A DNA stretch of 64,000 nt, from positions 259,060-323,059 of the forward strand of contig VRVR01000027.1 of assembly GCA_009859145.1 (NCBI GenBank). Reading direction: 5' to 3'. Position 1 is the stretch's first letter. Each line of letters starts with the position of its first letter. Shown here in pieces: positions 53,953 through 64,000 of this stretch. A program made the position numbers and the translations under genes. This DNA is from Andalucia godoyi And28 (taxonomy: Eukaryota > Protista > Jakobida). The notes beneath the pieces were generated by a model that saw nothing but the letters and a program-made list of their open reading frames with translations, did not search any database and was not told the DNA's origin.

Positions 53953-54900
53953 TTACAGCAAATGCAGAGCGGCCAGAGTGCACAGTACCAACGGAGACAT
54001 CCATGCAGCGGACGCACCTGAGGACACGCCGGTCCCGGTGACTCCGAACACAGCGGTAAATATGATGTTGGCATACCGGTCCTGGGGAATCGCCACGTAC
54101 GTCGTGGTATCGGCATACAGAGAGCCGACCGCGCTCGAAGTTCCATAAGCGGCTACGGCAGTTTCGGCGTTCGTATTGTTCGCATTCACGTAGTACGACG
54201 TTGGAGAAGTGTACACGCCTGCAAACGAGTATGGCCCTCCCTGCCTTGCAACCACCGAAATTCCCCCGTTGGCAATCAGCTTGATGTTCGCAGACGCACT
54301 GCTCGATCCGTCGAACGTGATTTTCTTCTTGCTTTGAGAGCCCCCGACATATGTCTGCAAGTCAAATCCAAGATGTGTGACCCCGGATCCGTACGGCGTC
54401 GAGCGCGGTGCAGGAATTGCAGCGAGGAACGCCTGGCCACGGGTCATCGGCACCGCAGCAGGCAGCGTGTAATTGTAGTTCACCTTCGTGAAGGCAGTGA
54501 TGATGAACGAGGCGTAGATGCGATCGACAGAACAACCCGTCTCCGACAGACAGATGTAGTAGTACACGGAAGGCGTGGTCCCGGCGTTGTGTGCACCCGT
54601 GTACGAAATAAACTTTCCAGCAGGATCCGTCACGATGTCCGCCTGCCAGATGGAACACGCGACCTTCGTAACGGTACCGCTTGTGATTGACGACGGCGTG
54701 ATCGTGTACTCGGTGAAATCGATCGGCGACACTGCAATGCGATTCACAGCATCCCCAGCGGCGAAGTACCGCACTGTGGGGCAGGATGATTCCATGCCGA
54801 GACCTATCACAAGTTCAAGCTCAGGAAGCGTTGTCTGTGTTGACAGACCGCTGGACATGGCCAGTAGCAAGGAAAAAGCAATGGCGAATACAAAACGCAT
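53953..54900 (-). CDS. Secreted, probably GPI-anchored Ser/Thr-rich surface protein (~315 aa)
   Basis: Signal peptide MRFVFAIAFSLLLAMSSG and C-terminal SSGAS followed by AAWMSPLVLCTLAALHLL. Confidence 0.78.
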   Translation of the reverse strand: MRFVFAIAFSLLLAMSSGLSTQTTLPELELVIGLGMESSCPTVRYFAAGDAVNRIAVSPIDFTEYTITPSSITSGTVTKVACSIWQADIVTDPAGKFISYTGAHNAGTTPSVYYYICLSETGCSVDRIYASFIITAFTKVNYNYTLPAAVPMTRGQAFLAAIPAPRSTPYGSGVTHLGFDLQTYVGGSQSKKKITFDGSSSASANIKLIANGGISVVARQGGPYSFAGVYTSPTSYYVNANNTNAETAVAAYGTSSAVGSLYADTTTYVAIPQDRYANIIFTAVFGVTGTGVSSGASAAWMSPLVLCTLAALHLL

Positions 54901-55499
54901 GATGGCCGAGATTAAGCTGAAGGATAACTGAGACTGGGAACAGAAGAACAGAAAAGAAGAAAAGAAAATTAGGCGAACCATAAAGAGCGAAAAGAATAAA
55001 AAGAGAGACGGAAAGGCAGTGGACGAATTCGGAAGTGAGCCGCGTTCTGGGGCGTTGTTGGAAATCCAACCGACACATCTTCGGCTTCCGTCGGAAAAGA
55101 GAGTTCGAATCCGGCATGCAACTTGGCTCCGGATTGGAATGCGAGCTGGACCACCGGTCGGCCGCCATCGCAGCTAATCCCGCATCCCTCTACATTGAGG
55201 CGGGAGAGCCAACTTCGTATGCCCTCGCCTCACTTGTCCCGCTGGAGCCGGTGCTCATGACCTCCATCCCCTGTGAGTCAAAAGGGGAGGAGCCCACGTT
55301 CAGCTGCATGCCTTTAAATCTGTGGCCGCCAGTTCCTACATCAGCCGCCGCGTACTGCGTGGACAGCGGTTCCTGTGCGGCTAACATGATATGCACGACG
55401 AGGGAAACAGGCCGGAGAAGGACCGGCTCTATGGCGCTTGGCCGCCGGTTCGTGCTGACTAAGGAGATCCTGCCTGACCTGCCGCTCTGGCTGTGCATA

Positions 55500-56880
55500 T
55501 CAGATGAATCGGCTTATTGAGCGAGCATCCGTCTTCTCCTCTGATCCTGGAAGTGGTGTCTGTCGCGGGTCTGAACCTTGCACCGATGTATCATCCGATG
55601 TAACCTCGAAGATTGTTGCCTATTTCAGATCTGGAATGGCTCGACGCTGAGGTGCAGCGGCTGCTGTCGGCTGGGTCGATTCGGAGTGCAGCCGACGTAG
55701 ATAGCCTCCTACGGTGTCCGGTTGTCCTGATTTCCAAGGTGAGAGGGGCGCCTGGTTGACGGCCTGCGGGCCGTGCATCATGCTCCTGCTCCAAACTTCG
55801 CGCATCAGATAAGAGGATTGATCCTCGTTGGTTCACCTGACCCAGAGCGAGAACAGCTCTTCTCGGTAGATCTCACATACAGATATCGTGTGGCTTCCCT
55901 GAGCGATCAGTTCTCCGCACTGCGCGGCATTCGGGAGGGACAGCAGCAGTACATATTTCAGATACTCTTCTTCAGGCTGAGTTGGACATCTGACGTCAGC
56001 ACGAAGCTTCGGATGCCACTGAAAGACCACAGCCGCTCGCTTGGGCTTCAAATCTCGTTATACGTCGACGATTTTCTGAGATTGGCACATTTCCACCGAA
56101 CGGGCATGGCCTTACTAAGCTGGTTGACCGTGAAGCTGAATGAAGCTGAATTCGCTGGTAGCCTCTTGTCCTCAAGGAAACATCGGATCGCATCTCAGGA
56201 ACAAGAACACTTGGAATTGATTGCGAATATCCGCAGAACGACTCCTTCAACTTTCGGAGAAATTGGTATCCGAGATCGAGTTTCCTATCAGGAAGTCCAG
56301 TAGAAAGTGCGTGAAACCTGTGGGTCGGTCATGTTGGGGTTCGATGCTTCCAGGCGCCCTCCCATGTGATCCCCTTGGAACCCAGATCGGACGGTCCTTG
56401 GTCCTAGATGCAGGTGGAATTCCTTGGGAGACCAGTTGGTAGCGGGCACAGGTCCGACAGAATCGGAGCCACCCATTGTCTGCCTTATTGGTGCGTTGTC
56501 TTCTGATAGTCGACACCTTATTAGAAGGGCATGTGTCGGATTGGTGGATTCGAACACGATGTAGTCTCTATATCCACGGGCCAAGCATTTCACGAACCAA
56601 CACAGGATCGGCTGCATACATACCACGAGTTGCTGGCGCTGCACCCCTCCGTGTGCGAACCTGCTGATGTTGTCTGCGTTGAGTTCATAGAATGCAATTC
56701 TAGCGTCGTTCGACTCGGCATGAACGATCACGTCATTTACGCTTAGGATGGATGCATCAGCCCTGGCGCAAGCCCTCGGTGTTTCCTCCGAACAGATGTC
56801 GAATTTCCGCCAGTAGAGTTGGAGCTGTGCTGCGATGTTCAGATGCCAAGGAGTGAACGGTTGGTAAAATCTTCGTCTTC
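55500..56880 (+). pseudogene. DIRS/YR-retrotransposon-type reverse transcriptase-RNase H, decayed
   Basis: WLDAEVQRLLSAGSI..CPVVLISK, (fs) RLVDGLRAVH, FSVDL, YIFQILFFRLS..STK, SRSLGLQISLYVDDFL (YVDD at 56061-56072), then RNase H-like HTYHELLAL and VVRLGMNDHVIY. Confidence 0.75.
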
Positions 56881-56906
56881 CACTCCAACACGAAGAGCGC
56901 AACCAC

Positions 56907-57570
56907 TAGGCTTATCTAACATCGAGATCAGCTCCGTCCGACCTGCCGGTCCTCCTGACCAACCGGAGCAGCTGACGGTCGTGGAGACCCGGATGACTGT
57001 GCTTATGTAAAATCGAGATGCGCTCCGTCCGACGTTCCTGACCTCCTGAGCAACCAGAGCAGCTGACGGTCGTGGAGACCCAGATGACCAGGCGTATGTA
57101 AAATCGAGATCAGCCCCGTCCGACGTTCCTGACCTCCTGAGCAACCAGAGCAGCTGACGGTCGTGGAGACCCGGATGACTGTGCTTATCTAACATCGAGA
57201 TCAGCTCCGTCCGACCTGCCGGTCCTCCTGACCAACCAGAGCAGCTGAAGGTCGTGGAGACCCAGATGACCAGGCGTATGTAAAATCGAGATCAGCCCCG
57301 TCCGACCTGCCGGTCCTCCTGACCAACCAGAGCAGCTGAGGGTCGCGGAGACCCGGATGACTGTGCTTATGTAAAATCGAGATGCGCTCCGTCCGACGTT
57401 CCTGACCTCCTGAGCAACCAGAGCAGCTGAAGGTCGCGGAGACCCAGATGACTGTGCTTATGTAAAATCGAGATGCGCTCCGTCCGACGTTCCTGACCTC
57501 CTGACCAACCGGAGCAGCTGAAGGTCACGGATACCCAGATGACTGTGCTTATGTAAAGTTTATGTAAAAA
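56907..57570. repeat. 91-bp-family tandem array 3 (7 units of exactly 91 bp)
   Basis: Unit starts at 56911, 57002, 57093, 57184, 57275, 57366, 57457 and 57548. Confidence 0.97.
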
Positions 57571-57691
57571 TACCGTTCTGCCTGTTTATGGCTTAAAAAA
57601 TCCGTGAGAAAAATAGAGATGAAACGTTTTCTCTTGGTTTCGTGTTTTCTTTTAATCTTTAATCCATTTCAAAGAATCATTTTCAGCAGGC

Positions 57692-58648
57692 ATGCGTTCC
57701 AGTAAGACTTCCGTTTCCACATCAACAGGTCCCTCGGGCTCCGGATCTCGGCAGCCCATGTCCAAGGCACGGAAGAACAGAAACGTATTCTTCATCCGTG
57801 GATGCCGCTGGGGAATTGTTCGACGTCGAGAAGTGAATGGGAGAACGGTGTACGATTGCTGCAATAAGAAGCAAACCGTTGCAGCAGCGCTTTCCGTCGA
57901 ATCCCTCTGCGGCAAGTACCCGAAGCTCGCTCTCAAGTTCGAACAAGAATTTCCACGGCACCATATCCATCCCAATGACCTGGAAGTGTTCTGGCAGTAT
58001 GTACCTGCCACAGCCTCGTGGTTGCCCTGGCCTGCCCCTCCTGGCTCTGGATCGCGCAGGATCACCCGGATGGGATCTCTTCTGGCAAATGAAGCCATTC
58101 GTCTCGCAGCCGACGAGGAAGACCTCCTGCAAGAGGACGACTTCCCGGAACCTCATGAGTTGGTTTCCCTCGGAGATTTGAAACGCTGGATTGCATTCAG
58201 TCGCCCATACTTCAGCGATGATCTCAGATTTGTTCAGCTGTTCACGGGATGCTCAGAAGCATGGTGGAACGTCATGATAGACCAGCCGTTACGTTTCGCA
58301 GTCTTTCAACGAATCGGCAGGTTCGGAATTGAGCGAACTTGCTCGGATCTCAAAGACGTTCTCGGACCGAAGATGATTCCCATGATTGCAACCAGCGAAG
58401 GATGCCAGACATGTGATCACGAGGAAGCCGGCCCTTACGTTCGATTGGCATGCGGAAATGTGCTGTGTGAGAAATGCTTCGCGAGGATGGTCCTGGCCTC
58501 CAAGATGAAGCCGTCGCCGGTTTGCACTTGCAACGGATGGGAGCACAATCTTGAACTTGCAGAAGAATTCCCTGAGGAGAAGAGTGATGAAGAATTCTCT
58601 GAGGAGAAGAGTGATGACGAATTCGACTGCTTTTTCGAGAGCCCGTAA
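57692..58648 (+). CDS. Hypothetical protein with C-terminal RING-like zinc finger
   Basis: CQTC-x9-LACGNVLCEKC-x13-CTC (canonical His replaced by Asn), followed by an acidic tail. Confidence 0.62.
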   Translation: MRSSKTSVSTSTGPSGSGSRQPMSKARKNRNVFFIRGCRWGIVRRREVNGRTVYDCCNKKQTVAAALSVESLCGKYPKLALKFEQEFPRHHIHPNDLEVFWQYVPATASWLPWPAPPGSGSRRITRMGSLLANEAIRLAADEEDLLQEDDFPEPHELVSLGDLKRWIAFSRPYFSDDLRFVQLFTGCSEAWWNVMIDQPLRFAVFQRIGRFGIERTCSDLKDVLGPKMIPMIATSEGCQTCDHEEAGPYVRLACGNVLCEKCFARMVLASKMKPSPVCTCNGWEHNLELAEEFPEEKSDEEFSEEKSDDEFDCFFESP

Positions 58649-58689
58649 CACGGGCAATCGAGTAGGCGGAACTGAGTGCAAACGAAAAC

Positions 58690-60713
58690 GTAAGCTGCAT
58701 AGAAAGCTTCCTATGCGGCTAGGAAGTGAAAGGAAAGCTGTTTCGCTACAAATAAAGTGCGCGTTTTTGCTCGGATGCATCTTTCCCATTCGAAGACAGA
58801 ACAAGTTGGTCAAACAACAAGCCAACTCTGCAATCGAAGTCCGTGTGGCTCAAATCGCATCATCAGAACCGTTTCCCGTTGAATCAGAAGCACATTTGCT
58901 TACAATCCGTTTACGTTCGGCACTCTGAACCACAGGAAACACCGAGCGTCCTGCTGTTCGATTTTGCATCTGCCATTGCAGTTTGCAAATCCCTTTCCAC
59001 ATCTTCTTGTGTGCGGTAACGGTGCGTACCCCCTGCAAGATCACTTGGGCTTCCCATCCTCTTCAACAAGAACGTGAGAAACAATACCATGCTATGATGC
59101 AAAGTTTGCCATCGATAGTAATGTCGAAATGCTGGAGGATTGGCGGCAAGGACTCGTGGGACATCGGCCCCCACGGTGTCGGTGTCCTCCAATAGCCGTG
59201 CACGAAGGGTCCACTGGGCACGGTGCGCTGCCATTCGCTGAGGGCGAACGGAGGAGCGGATGTGCAAACGCAGCAACTCGTATGTGTCTGCTCGAACGGA
59301 CTGATCACCGTCTCATATGCTTTTGCGAAGCGCCGCTGGGACTTTCATCCACCTTGATCATCGCACCCGCACGCCAAGTTCCTCCTTCAGAAACTGCAGC
59401 ATGCTCAAACTCGAAATGGAACTCCAATATTTCGGGTCCGACAAGTCTGCATGGAAATCACTCTCCAGCACTTGCAGTCAGAGAACGTCGTCATTCCGAA
59501 CGGAGATGTACACAAACTTTTCCACCACCTCATCGCTGAGAATGAGATCACTTATTGTCACGTCAAGGAGAGCAGACAACCCATCAAGCCGAGGAGTTGG
59601 AGTGAAATCCAGCCATTTGTCGACGAAGAACGCAACCCGCACGTCGTTGGATTCCAAGAGGTGTGCCGACAAGTTGGCTGCGAAATGGAGAGCATCCGAA
59701 GCGATGACAAACGGATTTGCGAGGGTACAGCCCAACAGTGCAGCGGCCTCTATCGTGGTGAACCTCTTATCGGGCGGCATTGTTGCTTGCAAGACATTCG
59801 GAAAGGACGAGGTGGCAAAGATTCGCTCTGCGTCCATGAGATCGTGCTCGATCATCCACCGAGCCAACGAGACGTTATTCATGTTGAAAGCGTTGAATAG
59901 AAAGTGGAGTCGCACCCCACGAGTCGACAGGTGCTCCAACAAGAGGTCAGCAGCTCGAAGGAGGTCTTGGTCGGATCGAGCGAGTACGCTCGCACGCACC
60001 AGCCACACCCATGGTCGCGGCAAGTGCATTCGGTGCATGGCTGCTTGGAAAGAAGGTATGTTGGCTCTGAACAGTTCAGGACAGCAAACGCCCAATGCGA
60101 GAATTATTTCTGCCCCAACGAATAGAATTTGCCCTATGCGCACTCCTGTGATGCGTCTCTCGACAACGGCGTTGCAAAGGGTGTGGTGGAAATGAGAGAG
60201 TAGACCGCAGTCGGATTCCTCGATCAAAAGAGCGGTTGTCTGTTCCAGAAAGCGTTCGAACGACTGTTTCAGCAAGAAGAGAATGTGGGCAGTTGGAAAC
60301 TGGCGGTCGCGCATGACCATTTCGAGCAACCTCGCGTTTCCCAGCACTCCCGGCATGTAAGCTGGAATGTATGGGTCGATTTTCTGCCATTCGAGATCCG
60401 GGAAAGTGGAATCGTCCAAGAACGCGGAAGCTCGTTCTTCGTATCGCGGACTGTGCCGCAGCAAGAAGATCACGGAGTCAGCGACCTCGGCATACTGGGA
60501 GGTGGGCAGCAGAGGGAACAGTGCGCACGGGATTTCGAACTCTTCCTCCAGGAACTGAGGGATTTGGAAGAATGACAAAGTTACAAATCGCAGGTTGATA
60601 CGAACCCACAAAGGGACTGCTGCGATATCTGCGTTCTGTGAAGTTGTGCTAACGAGGTGAACAATGGAATCAACAGCAGCATCAATGTCCCGGATGTCGA
60701 CGATGGACTTCAT
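58690..60713 (-). pseudogene. Nonsense-riddled paralog of the 51950-53731 protease
   Basis: PRPWVWL, LSTRG, SDPKYWSSISS, VPAALRKSI, GL*ANVLL, MRFEPHG and FLAA*EA align colinearly. Stops at 59478, 59358, 59313, 58900, ~58809 and 58711, with one frameshift near 58940. Confidence 0.85.
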
Positions 60714-63662
60714 CAAAGAGAGGTGTAAGGCTTGTTTTATGTGAGTCTGGAAGAACGGATGGATGGAGAAACCCCTGTGTTGGAAGGAAAACGACGAGAA
60801 ACCGTGAAACATTGGAGAGTGAAGACCACAAGAAAACGAGGAGCAGGTGGGCGCACTGGAGCTCAAGAAGCATGGGTGAGAAATGCGGATTTTGGGAACG
60901 ACGTTGGGGGCACTTTGGGAGCTGGGTCCGGTGATGAGGGGATCTCTCCTCTGAGGGTGAGGAATTCCGAAGATTGTCGAGAAGGATAGAAAAACAGAGT
61001 ATATTGAGAATGAGAAATTATAGAACCCCCTTTATATATCTCAGTTCCCATCATCCATTTCGTGCTTTGTGATTTCATTTGCGTGTTGATCCAATTTCCG
61101 TTTTTTCCCAATCCGCCATCGTGAAGAACAGCACTACCAAATCCTTGCTTGTGTCGAATGCAAGAAAGAGGAAGAAGTTCTTCGCAGATGACAGCGTTAG
61201 CTGGAGAACATCGGAGGTTCGAAACCTCGGTAATGATAATCCTTCGAAAGAAGGTTGTTGCAGATCGGCGATGCAGGTTGAATGGGACCCATATCCATGG
61301 GGGTTTTCTTGCACACAATGTCGTTTCAGAATATGCGATTCAGGTATCGCAATCACGGGGAAAACAATGAGAGAATGTTGATGACAATCTGTGTCATCTG
61401 CCTTCATCTTTACCAGCATTCAAGATCATTCCTCACGAATCAGCGGATTCATTCTTCAGAAGAAGAGGACTCTTCGAACTCGTCCGACTGATGACAGCGA
61501 CATCCGCTGACTTCCTGTTTCCTTTGTATGCAGTAACGGTATGTGTCGGATTTTCGCTTTGGGGCAGTGGAGGTTGGGTTGGTGTTTCCAATCCAGTTTC
61601 AGAATGTCTGATCTGAACAACAGATGCAGATGGTGAAACAGAAGCAGTGCTGGAAACACTGTCCAATAAATTGGCAAGGCTTGGATAACGACATTTCCAT
61701 TTCTCCAAAATACGACAAGGACACCCTCTGGTTCGGCCACCGGAGCCTGAGGGATGGACAGCACAAAGAAAAGAAACTGAAGATTGGTGAATACATGCTG
61801 GACATGATGCTTCTGATTCTCGGCAAGCCACCATCACGGCAATGCGGCGCAGCTTTCTACGTCGAATGATTGTGGAATCACAGTACGCTTGTTCAGAACC
61901 AACCTTCTTCGATGGCGAACGGGGTGGTTCAGAAGAGTGGAACACACTGGCTGCGAGATTATGTCGATTCGACATGTTGCCTGAGGTGTCGAAATCATCT
62001 TCTTAAACGCAGAGGCGCCATCAGCGGAGACTAGCTGCAGAATTTCCAAGTTAAAAGTTCGACTGGCGGACACCTTGAGCGCCGAAAGGCACAAGGTTGA
62101 CATGGATCTCGTTTTGCCTGCATGTGTGCTCGGATGTACGAGGACCTGAAGGGACCCCATCCTCCGTGCTATTTTGATATGTAACCGGGCATTCCTGGTT
62201 TTGGCGAGGTCCGAAGTGTCAAAAAGACTATTTAGAAGAAATGATTCTTTAATAGGGACTTCTTGACTTTGTGTTGTTCCTCCTCAGAAACGAAAAAGAA
62301 TTGCACAATTTCGGAGGCCGAGGTGTTTAACCTGAAGACATGGAGTGGCATTCAAGGTGCACGCGCTCAAAAGAAACAATCGACTGTGCCACTGACGTTC
62401 CCAAGGTCATTGCGGCTTCTCAGCTTCCATTTCTTGTTGTTCGAGCTGTGATCTGTTTGACTGGATCATTCCGCGCTATCGTTCCATCTCTTCACAGCTC
62501 CAATGTTTGTTGCTAGCTTGGTCACATGCAGTCACCTCCAGGTTTGACAAAACACCAGCTCTCCCGTAGTCGCGTTCAGTTTTCGCAATGTCCTCAGGAA
62601 GGCACGATCTCTCCTGCACTCTTTAGAGATTTTCTTTCTGGTTCCGTAACTCACGAAATCTGTACTGTCGCTGAGCTCGTGCAAACAGTGAACCCCAGCA
62701 CGATAGAATGGACCAAAAACTCCACGACTGTAGATGGAATCGCTCAACTACAGCCGTTGGAAATCAGAGCTCCGTTGGCAGCGATGGCAGCTCATACTCT
62801 GTTTTCACGTTGTTTGTAAAGCGCAATTTACTTGCTTTACAACTGACTGGCTTCGAGAAGATCGCTTTGAGAATTCTCGAGTGTCTGGTGGCAACCAAAA
62901 ACAACAAGTCGCCTGTTGTAAACATCATCCCATCATAATGATGGAAGGAGTGAAAGCATCGATTCTGGGAAATCCAAAATTGTTATACAGCAACGACTTC
63001 AAAGCCAAACTCATGCGTGGAGGACCCGATTTATAAAAAATACTCTTTACCAAAATTAAGTTCTATCACTCTTCATGTATCCAACTGAAAGAATGCCCGC
63101 GCATGATACATCAACAGTCCCCACAAGTGCATATCATGAAAAATAATCTCGTCATGGTTCCATTTGCAGCCATGGAGACGGCAGTTGTTCTGAGAGTTTG
63201 GATATCATACTGGATGGCATCCGGAGCGCATCCGGAGATGCTTTCATACGCCAAGAAGAAGACCAACCAAGTCAAACTCGCGGAAATGGTTGTCGTTGAG
63301 CTACACTGAAAAGGCAAAGTTCGAGAACGATGAAAATTCTAGAGCATTGTACAAAAGATGCTTGGAAGTATCGAAGAAATAGGTTTATTTGTGTTGATGT
63401 GGATAACAGCTTCACACTGTCATCGCATCTTGCAAGCTACTTGTTGTCGAATGAAAGAGACAAACACAGAAACGGGATTTCTACCATTCCGTGAACGACA
63501 GCATTTGGCCAAGTTCAATCTTGGAGATAATGTGCTTGCGGGAGGTACTCAGTCACATCAGAACTTCGACAGCATTCAGATAGTATACAGTGAACAGTTT
63601 CATACCGTGTTTGAGATGCAGAATGTCGAGTGGCAAACAGGAACTCGTGTGGCGACACTAGC

Positions 63663-63741
63663 CTAAAAGAGATAACAACAAAGGTTAGTCAGCAAACAAA
63701 GAACAATCCAACACTCTCAGTAAGGGAACCGAACTTCCTAC
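63663..63741 (-). other. Putative spliceosomal intron (79 nt)
   Basis: Minus strand reads GTAGGA ... TGCTGACTAAC CTTTGTTGTTATCTCTTTTTAG: donor, branch-point-like GACTAAC, pyrimidine tract and AG. Confidence 0.35.
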
Positions 63742-64000
63742 CAGAGGGGATGAGACAGAGGTACAAGGGATGAAAGCCTACTAGTGCTTTATAAACCAAA
63801 ACAAGTACAAATAAAAGAAAAGGAAAAGGGAAAGAAAGAAAGAAGAAAGAAAGAAAGAGAAAAGGAGAAACGCCCAGGCACGCGCCTTAAATACTTCGCA
63901 GGGCTTCTAGCCCGTGGCTCCGTACACATTTCCAGTACAACTTGAATATGAATTCGGGGGTTGAACCATCGGTTGATCTTCGACCGGAGCAGGAGGCGGC

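Noticed and set aside
38265-57570. 91-bp unit as a hammerhead ribozyme or Penelope pseudo-LTR (RT and GIY-YIG are nearby)
   Set aside because: CTGAAGR resembles CUGANGA, but GAAA lies ~16 nt beyond the candidate stem II and is absent from many units. The RT is DIRS-type with RNase H and is not fused to a GIY-YIG.
59313-59480. TGA reassigned to Trp (alternative genetic code)
   Set aside because: Four ORFs of 1000+ aa use TGG and contain no in-frame TGA. Only one of three TGAs here aligns with Trp, and TAA/TAG lesions and frameshifts occur in the same genes.
1-64000. tRNA, rRNA, bacterial operons, viral capsid/PolB/packaging ATPase
   Set aside because: No recognisable sequence or motif evidence by eye.

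Overview
This window is eukaryote-type DNA (protist chromosome with virus-like and mobile-element relics, or a large eukaryotic virus). It uses the standard code and its large ORFs are intronless. I saw no rRNA, tRNA or CRISPR array, and no capsid, PolB or packaging-ATPase hallmark. (1) 1-19061 is a giant palindrome. Two apparently identical arms (1-7237 and 11825-19061) each carry a ~1000-aa orphan, a minimal two-HKD phospholipase D and a decayed Tc1/IS630-like transposon. They flank a unique 4.6-kb spacer encoding a 1265-aa dynamin-like GTPase fused to a trypsin-fold protease with Cys at the nucleophile position (GDCG). The inner palindrome boundary is exactly the transposon end. (2) 20.2-28.3 kb holds a divergent pair of large kinases: kinase plus highly repetitive TPR array (split by a 1-nt frameshift), and kinase plus KEN (RNase L/IRE1-like) RNase. 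With the GTPase-protease this looks like an innate-immunity/effector island. (3) 29-37.5 kb is a minus-strand run of orphans and an SF2 helicase. (4) 37.8-61 kb is a virus-like/mobile patchwork punctuated by three co-oriented arrays of a 91-bp non-coding repeat. It contains three GIY-YIG homologues (one a pseudogene absent from the ORF track), a serine recombinase, a G-rich repeat, GPI-type surface proteins, a clan-CE-like cysteine protease with its stop-riddled paralog, a cryptic DIRS-type RT-RNase H pseudogene and a RING protein. All calls are from motif reading by eye; no database searches were run.
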